From positions 930,001-994,000 of the forward strand of contig JAWMAR010000261.1 in assembly GCA_036785375.1 (NCBI GenBank): DNA of 64,000 bases, in the 5' to 3' direction. Made by a program: the position numbers and the translations under genes. Shown here in pieces: positions 38,401-53,400 of the stretch (position 1 is the first letter of the stretch; each line of letters starts with the position of its first letter). The notes under the pieces were generated by a model. That model was not told the DNA's origin and searched no databases. It saw only the letters and a list, made by a program, of their open reading frames with translations. This DNA is from Leucoraja ocellata. Taxonomy: Eukaryota.

Positions 38401-41400
38401 TTGCTTCACGGAACATCTTCGCTCAGCCCACATGAACCAACCTGATCTCCCGGTTGCTGGACACTTTAGTTCTCCTTCCCATTCCTACACGGACCTTTCT
38501 GTCCTCGGTCTCCACAATTGTCAGAGTGAGGCTAAACGCAAATTGTAGGAGCAGCATTTCATATTTCATTTTCGCAGCTTACAGCCCAGTGGTATGAATA
38601 TTGATTTCTCTCACTTCAGGTAGCCCGGCTCTCTATCTCCCTCTCTCTATCCCTCCCCCACCCAAGGCACACTAGCTTCTCATTTTCTCCCTTCAAACAG
38701 CTACCAACGGCCTGTTTCCTTTATCATCGTTACTTTTTTGCACATCTTATTCATTGTTCTTTATCTCTCCACATCACTGTCTATATTTCTCATTTCATTT
38801 ATCCCTAACCAGTCTGAAGAAGGGTCTCGACCCGAAACGTCACCCATTCATTCTCTCCAGAGGTGTTGCCTGTCCCACTGAGTTTCTTTAGCTTTTTGTG
38901 TCTATCTTCGGTTTAAACCAGCATCTACAGTTCCTTCTTCCACATTTTGTCTGCTCCACAGATAATCTTAGCAAAGATCAATACAATTACAACAGGACAC
39001 CTACTCCATCCCTCTTGCATTGAAGGGCATCATTAATTTTCCCTTCCTGATTACTTGCTGTACCTGCATCTAGTTTGGTTGCCGACAGCAGGACACTCGG
39101 CTCTCTGTGAACAACAGCATTCTTTCGTCTCACTGTCTACCATCTTCTAAACTTCCTACCGAAACAAACTTGAAATGTCCCCACATTGGACTTCATCAGC
39201 TGCCTCTTTCTACTTAGTCAATGTTCCGTTTCAGGTTCTTAGTTAATTTTGCATCTATTTTCATGCTGTAGCAAAATTGGATGAATTATGCGTAATCCCC
39301 CCCTTCTAAGTCATTAATATTAAATGTAAATAACTGATGTCACTGCAGTGATCCCTGTGATACTCCACTATTTAGTTTGTTGTACTGAAAGCAACAATTA
39401 ATCTTGCTCTGTTTTCACTATTCCACTTTACTCACCTCAACACCAAGAATGATTCCATTGTAATCTTGGTACCTTGTATGGTACCTTATCAAATGCCTTT
39501 GGGAAATGTATTTGCACTATATCGACTTGTTTGCCTTTATTTGCACACACTGCTAGTTACTTACTCCGTCATAGGGTGATACAGTGTGGAAACAGGCCAT
39601 TCGGCCCAACCTGCCTACACCCGGCGAACACGTCACAGCTACACTGGTTCCACCTGCCTGCGTTTGGCCCATATCCCTCCAAATCTGTCCTATCCATGTA
39701 CCTGTCTAACTGTTTCTTAAATGTTGGAATAGTCCCAGCCTCAACTTCCTCCTCTGGCAGCTCGTTCCATACACCTACCACCCTTTGTGTGAAAACGTTA
39801 CTCCTCAGATACCTAATAACCCTTACCCCTTCACCTTAAACCCACTACAAGGACCCTACTAAACTTTCCAAACACAAATTCCTTTCTGAGTACTTGGAAT
39901 CATAGGGTCATACAGCATAGAAACAGGCTCTTTGTCCCTCCAAGGCCATGGCAACCAACTAGTAACATTGATACAAATATCAATAACCAACACTTAACCC
40001 ACAGCTTTCTATGCCTTGGCAACAGAGGTTTTTGTCTGGACTCTTAAATGTCAGAATCTCTGCCTCCACTACTCTCTCAATAAGTGTGTTTCAGATTGCA
40101 ATCACCCTTTAAGTGATAACGCTTTTCCCATTCTCTCAGATGTCAGCGCAGTGATCACGAATCATTTCAATGACATCTCCTCTGTCGTACCTTTGCTTTT
40201 GCACCTCTGCTCCGGGAAAAAAGATCCGACTATCCACCTTGTTTATGCATCTCATTATATTGTACACCACTCTCAGACTTACTTTAGCTTGCTCTGCTCA
40301 AAGGCAAACACATCCAGGTGCTCCAATCACCCCTAAAAGCGCAGCATACCAGCCAGCATCCTGATGAATCTGCTCCGCACCCTCGCTAGTATTTATCACA
40401 CCCTTCTTATAGCGCAGTGACCAGACGTGTACTTTACCTCAGCTGTCCTTGTTCCTTGTAGGCTAATGAAGACAAGTATTGCATATGTCTTCTTCACCAC
40501 CTTATCCACCTTCAGGAATCCTTAGATTTGCACATCTGCTGTTCTGCAAAATGCCCTAGAGCCTTTTACCATTAATTATGTTGTAGCCGTATAGACCTCA
40601 TAAATGCATCATCTCATATGCATCAGGATTAAATTCCATCCGACTTTGCTCTGCTCATTTTGCACAAACATCAATATCATTTGTATCCTGCTCACTAAAA
40701 ACAACACCAATTTGCACGTCTTCTGCAAACTTACCAATCATATGTCCGACATGTAAATCCAAATTGTTAATACAAATAACTAAAAATTCTAGCACTAATC
40801 CCTGTGGTCATAGCTTCGAATCACAAAAATAATGCTGCATGATTACCCTCTGTCCCCTACAATCAAACCCGTTTTGGATTCAACTTGACACAAAGCCCAC
40901 GGGCTCTTGCCTTTTGGACCAGTTTCCCTACGTGGGACTTTATCAAAGGCTTTCCCCAAGTCCATGTAGACCACATCGAGTACAGAGCGCTCATGAAGGG
41001 ACTTTGTTACCTCTATGGAAGAAATTCAATCAAATTGGTCTCCCTAACTAAGCCACACAGACCATCCTTGATACTTCCCTTCCTTTCCAACAGCAGATTA
41101 ATCCTGTCCCTCGGCTATTTTATCCCAAATACTTCCCTACCATTGATGTTAGAATCAAGTGCTTTTAATTACCAAGCTTATACCTGTTGTCCTTCTTGAA
41201 GAAAGATTCTGCAACCATCCAGCATGGAACCAAGACATCTCTAAGCACTTGCCTCATAGCCTTCGATGCCTAAACAATTCAAGTGTTCCTCTGGACAGTT
41301 ACTGTAAGTACGGTCAGTGACCCAGCCTCAACCATGTTCTTGGACTGTGCATTGCAGATACTTCCTACTCTCTCTGGGTGAAGATATTCTCCCTAATATC

Positions 41401-44400
41401 CCAGCTAAATCTCTACCCCAGTATCTTGAACAGCTTCTTGCAGTCTATCCTATCCCCACCCCTCAGAAATATAAGTGCCTCAACCAGTTTGCCATAGTGC
41501 CCTGGATCCCCGGACCATAACTGTTTGAACCTCCTCCAATAATGAACTCCTTAATTAGTATTAGAATGTCAGAGTCATAGTCCTTGCTATTTGTTTCACT
41601 GGCTTTATGATCCATGACTTGTTACCAGACTCAATGTTGTCTGTTCTGGTAGTGCCGGTCATTAAGGACAAAGCTGGTAAAGTAGGCAGCCTAAATAATT
41701 ACAGGCCCATAGCTTTAGCCAGCATATTGTTAAAAGTCTTAAAAAGAGTTCTGCTGGATAGAGTAAATGAATTTGTTAACTCCACAGATAACCAGTTAGG
41801 TTTTAAAGCTAAACATGGACTGACGTGCATATATGGCCCAAAGGAGATTGTAAACAAATATAGAGGCAAAGACTTCAATTCGTATGTGCTTTATTGATGC
41901 TTCCAAAGCCTTTGATCGTGTTAATCACAGAAAGCTGTTTGTTAAAATGTCAAATACATATTAAATGTATTAAGTGTATTAAATGCCTAAATACATTGTG
42001 AGAATTCTGGCTTACTGGTATGCCCACCAGACTATGCAAATAAAATGGGGCAATAGGGTCTCAGCCCCATTTGGGGTTAGCAATGGTGTTAGACAAGGGG
42101 GGGTTTTGGCCCCAGTCCTTTTTAATCTTTACATTGATGAACTGTCCAAACAATTGAAAGCCTGTAATACTGGGTGCATGATTGGTAATATTTTAATGAA
42201 CCATATTATGTATGCAGATGATCTTGTGATCTTTAGTCCATCTAGCGCTGGTCTCCAGCCGCTCCTTACTATATGTTCTCTGTATGGTGTGGAACATGAT
42301 ATTAAATATAATGCTAGTAAGAGTGCTGTTATGATCTGTAAAACCAAAGAGGATAAATGTCTAAAATGTCCTGATTTTAAATTATCTGACAATAATCTTA
42401 GTGTCTGTAATAAGATAAAATATCTAGGGCATTTTATTACAGAACAAATGACAGATGAGGATATTTATAGGCAATGACGTATGCTGTATATACAGGCGAA
42501 TATTCTCTTGCGTAAGTTTGGTGTGTGTACAGATGTGGTGAAGATGTCGCTGTTAAGAGCATATTGCACACCACTCTATACTACAGAAAGACAAGCTTGC
42601 AGAGACTAAAGGTGTCCTACAATGATGCCATGAGAACACTGCTAAGGAAACCTAGATGGTGTAACATGTTTGTGGCTGCAGGAATCAGTACTTTAGAAGC
42701 TATCCTAAGAAATCATATATATATAAATTCATTTGCAGGATAAATGACTCTAAAAATGTAATTATTGTGGCCTTGTGGCATAAGGTTTAGCACTAGATTC
42801 ATGCTACGAATCCCAATTGTGGAGACACTGGTATCATTGTCCCGTTGTAGGACATTGATCATTCCTTTTTATTCTGGATCTTTATTCATGTATTGTGGTT
42901 TTTTTTTAATATATAATTTATGATGCCTTTATGTGATATCCTCGGATTTTATATATATTTTTTGATGTTTTTATATGCCATGTATTTTTATGTAATGTTG
43001 TCCCTTGTCTGGAACTTGAGTCCGAAATAAAGTTTGTTATTACTTATTATAGAGCATGGAACTAGGACCTTTGGCCCAATCCATCCATGCCCATCTAAGC
43101 TGGTCCCATTTTTTTTAGTTTAGAGATACAGTGCGGAAACAGGCCGTTCGGTCCACCGAGTCTGCCCCAACCAGCGATCCCCGCACACTAACACTATCCT
43201 GAACACACTGGGGGCAATTTATATTTATACCAGGCCAATTAACCTACAAGCCTGCATGTCTTTGGAGTGTGGGAGGAAACAGGAGCTTCCCAGAGAAAAC
43301 CCACCCAGGTCATGGGGAGAGTGTACAAACTCTGTACAGACAGCACCTATAGTCAGGATCAAACCCAGGTCTTTGGCGCTGTAAGGCAGAAATTCTACCG
43401 CTGCGCCACCATGCCCGAGTTTGACGCATATCTCTCCTGCTCTCTTTTTCATCGCCTCATTACACATGGAGATTCTGTCGAGTTGACCTTCTTGCAACCA
43501 TGTTTCACCAATTTTCCTCATGCAAACTAATGCTCTTGGTTTCTTCAGTCTCTTTACATTAAAATCAATGAAATTTAGCCTTGCATTCTTCCATCATACC
43601 TTATCATGCCATGTATTAACCTTCTGCCTTCTATAACCTTCTACCTATCTACGTCCCTGTCACACCACTCCCCCCCCCACCCCAATTGTAAATATATTCT
43701 GTGCCCCATTCCCTGGCCAAATTAGTTTATACCCTCCACAAAAGCACTGACAAATCTCCCCACAAGAACGTTCGACCCGTTCCAATCCAGATATAACCTG
43801 TCCAGCGTGTACAGATCCCACCTCTTCGAGAAAAACCCCCCAGCATTTTTATTTCTCATTCTAAACTTTCAGCTTGCGCAGTATTTGTTTGCAGCAATAC
43901 TGCCCCGATCAGGAGTTCTGCCTGTAAAAAACATCAACAACCACTGAAATAGTTCATGTATTATGAAACACCGGGAGAAAGACATCACATGGACGAGGAA
44001 GGAAAGTGGACATTTTAACCCATTACATGTTATCACTTTTTTTTATTAAGACTGAAACTTGTTTCCATTAGGGATGGAGCAAGTTTACAGTATTTTAATG
44101 CTCGAGTACATGCAGCTTTTAAGTTAGTTCACCACATTTTAGTAAGAGAAATTCTACCTGAATGCGCTGTGCTACTGTGACACCAGAGTCTGTGGGAACA
44201 ATCTGAATCCTCTGTGGGGTGCTGGTCATTATTGGTCGTCCTATTACAGTTCCTGGAGCTACAGTGGATAATATCCCTTGAGAGTGGGAGACCTGTGAGG
44301 AAGTTGCCAGGAAATATACAGTAAAAAAAATAAATCAATAAAGGCACTTCTAACCATATCTATTTCTTTAAAATATAGCATCCTTGTCCATTGGACTTAA

Positions 44401-47400
44401 GGCAGATTTAAAGGATGCCATCCTGCCCCACATTCTTTTCCTCTTGCTTTCCACAATAGCGGCTCAAGACCCAGCTCCCCACTCAACCAAAAGCAAGGTA
44501 GCCTGATCCACTATTGTTATTGCTGTTTATTAAAGCATGGAAAGTGCATCTCATTCGAGCCAGGGTGCGCTGAATTACAGTTCTCGGTGAAAACTTCATG
44601 TGGAAAAACAAGCTCAAATCAAACAAGACTCTAAATGTTATAAGTTTGAAATTAAGTGTATTCTCATTTTAAGACGAATGTGATGCGACAGCATATTTTA
44701 AGAAAATGCTGGAAGTATTCAGCAGGTCAGGCAGCATCTGTGGAGGGAGAAACAGAATTAACGTTTCAGCTCAGGTAGACGAAACTCAGCGGGTGAGGCA
44801 GCATCTATGGAGCATCAAATTGAAAAAGGGTTTTGACCGAAAATGTTGCCTGTTTCCTTCGCTCCATAGATGCTGCCGCACCCGCTGAGTTTCTCCAGCA
44901 TGTTTGTCTACCTTCAATTTTTTACCAGCATCTGCAGTTCCTTCTTAAACATAATGTTTCAGCTCAATGACTTTGGCTTGAACCGGGAAGGAAAATTAAA
45001 ACGGAAACACATTTTAAATTGCAGAAGTGGGAAAGAAAGAGAACAAAAGGGAAGCTGTGTGACTGGGTGACGTAAGGTTACGTTTTGATTACACAGGGCA
45101 TATACAGTGTATCGTATCTGAAGTACTGTGAATACTATCGGTCTTATTTAAGGAACGATATAAGCAGTTCGAAGAGATTTATAAGATTGAAATCAAAAAT
45201 GTAAATTATAAAGACAATTTGGACTGGATTGCACCTACTGGATTTGAAGAGTGACAGGGGATTTGACTGAACCATACAAGATCTAGAGGTCACTGTTTAA
45301 AAATGTGATATCCATCTAATTAGGATTTCGACGAGTCAAAATATTTCCTCTCAGAGGATCCCGAGTCTTTCAAACTTTCTTGTGCAAATGGCAGTGGAAG
45401 GAAAGTCTTTGAATATAGATAGTTTCTTGATAAATAGCATGGTTGAAGAATGGCATTGGTTTACGGTGCTGAAGTTACAACCAGATCTTACTGAGTGGAA
45501 TGGGAGGCTTGAGAAGCCAAGTGGGCGACTCCTGCTCTTAATCTGCATGTACGTTCATATATAGAATGACCGGGGATGGTGAAGCCAGCTGAAAAAAAAT
45601 GTGGAGCTGTAAACATGAGTTAACGAACAACCTGAAAAAGCAGAAGAGGAGAAATAGAAACTGAATTTTGATCATTTGAGACGAAAGCTTGATTAACCTG
45701 AACTAGGTGAATTCAATACAGCATCTTCAAGGCTTGTACTATGCCAGGCTGTACAAGGCCAAAGACAGTGAGGTGATAGAAGATGATAACATGAAAGTCC
45801 CAGACAAATGGAAGCTCAAGGTCACCCTTGCAGGTACTGGGTGTTCTGCAAGTCTGGCCACTGAAGGCTGTGGGGGCCAAGTCAGTGTATTTAAGGCAGA
45901 GATAGATAGATTCTTGATTAGTACAGGTGTCATGTTATGGGAAGAAGGCAGGAGAATGGGGTTAGTAGGGAGAGATAGATCAGTCATGATTGAATGGCTG
46001 AGCAGACTTGATGGGCCGAATGGCCTAATCTGCACCTATCTCTTATGATCAGGCACCCAATTCTTTTTTCCACATTGTGAACAGCCCACATAGTTGGAAG
46101 AGTTCAATAGCTATTTCATCGTGAAGAAGTGCAAGGTCCCTGTACAATGATTCATTTTATCCTCTCATCTGGTATGGTGCTAATCACTCATCTCTTTCTA
46201 TTTGCACCAGCTCCAGACATGTTTTTATTGCTTCTTTCATCTGGCACACCATTGTATCCGTGAATCCCTAGTATCACAGAATTTGCCCTCTGTCTTGCTT
46301 CACCTCCCAACTTCTTCTTCTTGCTTCTCTTTCTTCTTAAGCCCTTTGCTCTTCTGGGGAGCACAGGCCATTGACAAATGTCCTCCACCTCACTCGGTTG
46401 TTAGCAGGTCTTTCAAGATTGAGTCCCCAGTTGAGGCCACTCAGACATTTCTGTCTGGACACCTGTTCTCCAGCTGTTCCTGGGGAGACCTCTTTTCCTT
46501 TTTCCTTGAGGGTTCCATTTCAGGGCTTGCCGGGTGATGTTTGTGGCAGGTTTCCTGAGGGTGTGTCCAATCCAACTCCATTTGTAATTTCGGATTTGAA
46601 AGTCAATGGGCTCCTGGCTTGTTCTTTTCCACAGGTTCACATTGCTTACTTTGTCTCTCCTCCAGATGTTAAGTATTGTCCTAAGGCAGGTGTTAATGAA
46701 TGTTTGCAACCTGTTTGTAGTATCTTTTTTGTTGTTTTCCATGTGTCTGATCCATACAGCATCACCACTTCTGTTACCAGTTTAAATCTTGTTTCATTTC
46801 CAAAATGTTTCCCAGTACTGATGAAGGATTGACTGCAAACATTGCTTATCTCTGCACAGGTGCTCCCTGACCTTCTGAGTGTTCCCAGTAGTTTGTGCCA
46901 TTACTTCAGATGTCCAGAATCGACAGGATATTCCTTTTGCAACAAGAATATTCGTCAAGATGGCTGTTCAGGGGGAAGCTAACCAAATAAGAGAACGGAA
47001 CAAAAGAAGGATGCACAGCAATTTGACGAAACAGAGTGAGAGGCAAGTCACTTTAAGCATAACCATCCTTCCTCCATCCTTCCTCCCGTGACAGCAAACA
47101 GACAGGCCAAATGGACATCTGTGTGCTGTGAATTCCATGCCATGCTGTTGATTTAATCAGAAAGCATTTTATTCAAGACAAATTATCCTTGCTCCTCAAA
47201 CTGCTGAGGTGTAGAAATTAAGTCCATTCTTTCAAATGACTGATTCATTTTATTTCTACTGGGGGCATGAGGACTGGACTGCTTTAGTTTCTCACTATCC
47301 TCCACACAGCACTGCAGCTGCAGGTATGCAGCCTGTAATACATAGTGCAACACCTCGAATTGTTCAAGATTGAATAATATACAAGGATGGTAAACCTCAC

Positions 47401-50400
47401 ACAATGCCGATCTGACGATTATGTCTAATTGTCCATGTCCATCAGTGTGAACCACATGCCAACCACCAGATCCAACCAGCAGGAAGAAAAAGCCCTCCCA
47501 TACCATTTAAAGATATGAGTGTTGAGATCAGAACAAACCCAAGCTGCATGGGTATCCATTCCGACCCAACAACAAGGTTGATCTACTGTATATTAGGCTG
47601 TAGCATATCTGAGAGAAGCAAAAGGAGAGAAGGCAGGAGGTGAGTCCACCATGCCATAGAGCCAGAAGAAAGGGCAGCACAGTGGCACAGAGGTAGAGTT
47701 GCTGCCTTACAGCGCCAGAGGCCTGGCACCGATCCTGATTATGGGTGCTATCTGTACGTTCGCCCCATGACCGCGTGGGTTTCCTCCGGTTTCCTCCCGC
47801 ATTCCAAAGACGTACAGGGTTGTCGGTTAAATGGCTTTGGCAAGTTGTAAAATTGTCCCTAGTGTGTAGGATAGTTTTAGTGTACGAGGCGATCGCTGGT
47901 CATTGCGGGCTCGGTTGTCTGAAGGGCCTGTTTCCGCGCTATATCTCTGAAGTCTAAAGTATAGTCTAAAGAAGGGGAGAAGAATAGTCTGAAGAAGGGA
48001 TTCGACCCGACCTGTCACCCATTCCTTCTCTCCAGACATGCTGCCTGTCCTGCTGAGTTACTCCAGCATTTAGTGTCTATCTTCAGAAGAACTTCATCCT
48101 GGGGAATTTATTCTCCAAGGGTCTATAGGGGGTAAGGGTCATTTTTCTAATTGACAAAGTAGCAATGTGGCTGGAAACAAACTGGTCTCTGGGATCTGCC
48201 ATGCTGTAGGTCGAGCTCTAGACATGCAGGCTTGGCAGTCCCTGTCAGTGGCAGTGAAGGTTGACTTCATCTTCATTCCAGGGACATGTGGCAAATATCA
48301 GCCACATGTTGCATTCAGCATCTCTGAATGAAGGGAGGAGAACTCCACAACTCCTCCAGATAACGTGGACAGACAGTCTCACCAAGGCATTAGGCCTTCC
48401 TCTAATTCAGGAAGCAACAAAGTGGACAACAAATGTCCCATTAAACACTCTGCACGGGAACAACCACCTCTTCAGAAATGCAAGAGGCTTCACTCAGCAA
48501 ACATTAAAATTAGTTTATTATCATGAAAAGTTCGTTGAGACTGCGAGTCATTTGGGAAGCTAAAAAGATACCTTGTATCTTTAGTAGTTTGTTCTATCCA
48601 TCATATTTCAGCTATCACGCTAGACCAACATGGAATAGGACCAGCCCTTAAATCCACGGCTCTTGATACCAAACCAGGTTGCAGTCGTCTTTGCTGATCA
48701 TTTAGTCATGGGCTGATACAAGGTGGAAGCAGGCCATTCAGCCCAACTTGCCCACACCGACCAACATGTCCCATCTACATTACACTCTTCATTTGTGTGA
48801 GGAAAACTAGGGAGAATACTAGAACATGGCGGAGAGAGAAAATACCATTCTGATCACGACAACAACTACAGGATACGTTGTCACCTGTTATATCTCAAAT
48901 AGATTTGTCTGTACGTGGGCACGGTCTTTGACTGCAACACATCAGCGAGGAGAAGTGCAGAGGAGTGGAGGAAAAACAGTAGGAATACAATCAGAACAGT
49001 AGATGAAGAAAGGCCCTCTGCTTGGGTTGGGAAAAAAACCCTTCAATTTGGTTAAGGAGCCAATTTAACATTTTCAAAACTCAAAGACTGAAGCACTATG
49101 TGTCAGCGTAGAGCAAGACCTGCACAGCATTGTGTTTTGGGCTCATGCAAATCAAGCACAAAGCAATGGATCATCTCTAAAGGAACAAATCTAAAGATCT
49201 CCCCTTGATTTCCAACAGCAACACCATCGCCAAAATCCCACCACTTGCATCCTGGAAATGGTCACTGACCAGAAACTTACCAGGATCTTTAATACCGTGG
49301 CTTGCAGAGCAGATCAGAGGCTGTGTATTCTGCAGCGAGGAATTCAACTCCTGACTTCAGAAAGCCTTTTCCTCATCTGCAAGGCACAAGTCAGGGTTGT
49401 AAAAGAACATTCTTCACTTGCTTGGAAGACACTCAACTTCAATTTAGGATAAAACAGTCCAGTTGTGGGTTCCCTAATCAACACCCTGAACATTCACTGC
49501 CATGAGACTGTACACAGTGGCTGCAGTGTGAACCATCTATGAAATGGAGGACAGCAACTTGGCAAAGTGTCTTCGACAGCAAGCGGACAACTGATCACTG
49601 TCAGTCCATTGTTGCCGGCAGAGATTATGTGCCGTCTCCTACTGCAGGAAGGGAAGTGGGTTGCCAAGTCTACTTTGATGTATCTGAGCGAAGTGTCCAT
49701 TAGAACAGAAAGATTGGCAACATATACACAAGGCTATAGATATGGGTGCAAGCTGAGTAATGGTGAGCTTTTGAGGATGTGAAAGTGGAGGTACGAACTG
49801 TAATTGTCAGAAATTGTTATACAGTGATTGCGGGGAACCATGTGTGACGTGGGATTTAATGATGTATTCACTGATCTAAACCACATGAGGAAGCTTCTTC
49901 AGGCAGAACATCCTTGGTGAAAAATTCGGGTAGTGGACCACAGTTAAAACATCTTCCAACGGCATTTCACAATGGACCTGAATAGCTTCCTGCATATCCT
50001 CATTACTACCTCTTCCACTTGAGAATCCACAACCGTATGCAAAAGCTGGGGGGGGGCCAGCTCTAGATGCTGGTCTTCCAATGCTTGCACCAACCTTGCC
50101 AAAGTCAGAAGAGCCAGAGACGGGAGACAATGAACAGCTCCCCTTTGAGAGATGCAATCTTAGGTTCAGTCAGTGTCAGCTAACTGCCGTAGAAATAGCA
50201 TAACGTGTATATGCAGAAATGAGATAAAGAGTGGTGTTGGCAGTGGCCACAATTCGGAAACATTACGAATGAAGTATGCACATGATTTTTTGGTATCACC
50301 TTCACTCAGTCACAGTGGCTCTATTTACTTATATATTTCCAGCGTGAACCAATTTCTAACTCCACATCCGTCTCCAGCTTTCTCGCCAGGGAAACTGATT

Positions 50401-53400
50401 CCCATGTTCATTAATATTGATGTGCTGCTTTCTAGTTGGGGACTCACCAGCCAACATAATTATCCTATTTGTATTTATGTGCTGGTTACCAAGTAGTCAT
50501 ATCTAATAAATCTATTAATCGAGAAAATAACAAATATTTCTGCAAATATACCATTTCTTGCCAGCTTTTCAGCATTCCTACCAACCCAGGGTGTCTAAAT
50601 GTCTGCACAGTATTCAAAATATTACCTCAGAAATGATTGCAATGTTTGCAGGAAATCAATGTATCGTGACGGAAGGTACGTATTTTATTTATCTTTAAAA
50701 AAGTGTGGGAAATGGCACTGTTAAGTCTATGAAGCCATCAAGGCTTTTCCCCACTTATCTGAAGGACATCTTTGAATAATATATGCATTTCATTTATAAT
50801 TTCAATGCCTATTCATCACATTCAAATTGCTATTATTTCCCTTGTTCTTTTGGGTATCCAGTTCTCTTTTCTGCTTGCCCATAATGCCAACAATGACCTC
50901 TAAACCTAATCAACAGGCCAAGTAAAGTGGTTTAGTTATCACTAAAACTCAACACTAAGCGTGACACTTTGTATTGTAGCCTCCTAGATGCAAAGGCAAT
51001 GTAAATACACATTTCCTCGCTTGTTCTGTCTGGACACATTGTAAGAAGCTAAAAAATAAATTAACTATTTCACCGGAAAATTACGCACACAAATTTACAT
51101 TATTGCCAAAATGATCGGAAAGGTCACATCCTCGGTGTCAAATTGCCTCAACTCCAAACGCAGTTCGAGTATCTCTCCAGTTTTACCGTTTAATTTTCCA
51201 GCTATCGACAGCAAACAAACACATCAATATATATTGCTTTAAGGGAATCAAGGGATATGGAGTTTGTGCAGAAATGACTAGGTACACAAACAGCCATGAT
51301 CTTACTGAATGGTGGAGCAGTCACAAAGCACTGAGCGGCCTACACCTGGTTCTAAAATAAATGATATGTTCTTCAAGAAATGACACAAACAAAATTCTCA
51401 TGAAAAGTAACATACAGTTAAACTGCTTTTATTTAAGTTACAGGTCCAAAGGCAGCGTGCGATTTTAGGGAATTTACAGACCGATGATTGTTTCAAACAG
51501 GTGAGCTTTAAAGATTATTTAAGAGGTTGAGAGCAAAGTACTGAAGTTTAAGGAATAAATTCCAGACAGAGGCATTGCCATCAGTGATGTATTGATTAAA
51601 ATTGGGCATTCGCCAAAGGTCACAGTAGGAGCGTAGAGGTTATTAATGGTTGTGGGACAAAGACGACTCAAGAAATAAGAGCCCTTTCTAGCCCATCTGG
51701 CTGAGAAGGGACTTGCCATTCAAAACTACTATTTCATGTTAAAAGCTTATTGCAGTGGGAGACATGGCAATTCTTATACTATTTGGTCAAGCTCAAATAA
51801 AACCAGAAAATGCTGACAACTCTCAGCAGGTCAGGCAGCATCTATGGAACGAGAAACAGTTAAAACATTTCAAGTTGATAGTCCTTTGTTGTAAATGCAA
51901 AAATGAGGAAACAAATTATTTTTAAGTGAAAGCACAAAGCAAAAAGGATCCAAGGGCATCATGTTGGAGAGAAGATCAGAAAGTCAAGGTTAGCAAGCTT
52001 GGAATAGAAGTAGCAATAAATTCAACATCAAATGAAAATCCCCCACAAAAAATAGCAGGTGCTGGATATGTGAAATAAAGAGAGAAAATGCTGTAAATTC
52101 TCAGCCGGCCAGACATAGGACTTCCATTGGAAAAGAAAGACTGAGAAATGTGGGATGCTAAAACAAACCCATGAAGTCTGACAGAATCCTCGCCGTTCAT
52201 CTTCAGAATAGTTAAGTCAAGTTTATTTGTCACATACACATTCAAGATGTGCAGTGAAAACAAAATATGATGATATAGGCACTGAAATTAAGGAGGTGGA
52301 CTGATATAGTGTTTTGCACGTAAACATATTGCTAGAATATAATTAAATATTTTCAAGGTACTCTGAACAATGAGGGAAGACATTGCTTAGGGTCTGACTC
52401 TTGTTACCCATCGCTGTCTACTGACACAGTACTGGAGGGACCATCGTTTGCAACGGGGAAGGTCAAGTAACGTGTAGGAAGGACCTGCAAATGCTGGTTT
52501 ACCTGATGGTCACAAAATGCTGGAGTAACTTAGGCAGCATCTCTGGAGAGAAGGAATGGGTGACGTTTCGGGCCGAGACCCTTCCTCAGACCTGATACTG
52601 GTCGAGTGAGCACAGCCCAGGCAGTCTAACATTGGTGGTGCACCGATGTTAAGGCACTGTGGGGGGGGCGGGGGGGGGGGCAGAAAGCAACATTTGGAGA
52701 GTGGTTAATCAAGGACAGTCAGTGTCAGAAAATGCTGGAAACACTCATCAGGACAGTCAACATCTGTGTGAAGAGAAACAGGGATAGCATTCCATGTTGA
52801 AGATCCTTTGTCGGAACAGGGAAGGGGAGAAAATGAGTTAGTTAATTTACCAATAAGACTGAACTGAAGCCATTAAATATTAAAAGCATTCGGCAGGTCA
52901 GACAGCCAGCCTCTACAAAATGAAAAACTAAATGAGTTAATTAAATGAGTTAATGTTTCAGGTCAAAGACTCTTTGTTCCAACTGGAAAGGGCAGCAAAC
53001 AAATTAGTATTAAGCTGCAGGGAGGGTGGGCATGGGATGAATAGGATAAAAGGAATATGTCATGGGGTGAGCCCAGGATTGCCCTGGGGATAAAATGTAA
53101 CTGAGGTCATCTGGTCAATGGGTTAACCAGCAGAAAGAACATGACCTTTTATTTATCAAAGCTTTGAAATGAGTGCAGTTAGTGAGGGGCACAGGCAAAG
53201 GAATGGAAGAGTTGTGAAATACTGAGGCTGCAGGACATGCCCAGCAGGTCAAGTTGTTCTAACGGAGAGAGGAAAAACTGAGCCCTAACCACAGACCAAT
53301 GGTGAGGCTGGTTCTGACAGGAGACAGAAAGCAAGTTACCTGAAGTTGTGGAATTCAATATTGACGCCAGAAAGCTGCAATGGGCCCGGACAAAAGACGA

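Noticed and set aside
47183-47506. 107-aa minus-strand ORF
   Set aside because: No recognisable motif and no convincing splice-site pair.
49876-50157. 93-aa minus-strand ORF in non-repetitive intron sequence as an extra exon
   Set aside because: No recognisable homology, weak acceptor, and it ends in a stop that would truncate NR2C1.
52461-52610. Further Penelope-terminus copies as TSD-flanked hairpins (also about 59150-59340 and 56978-57100)
   Set aside because: Same family, but TSDs are too degenerate or an arm is missing, so they were not counted in the main finding.
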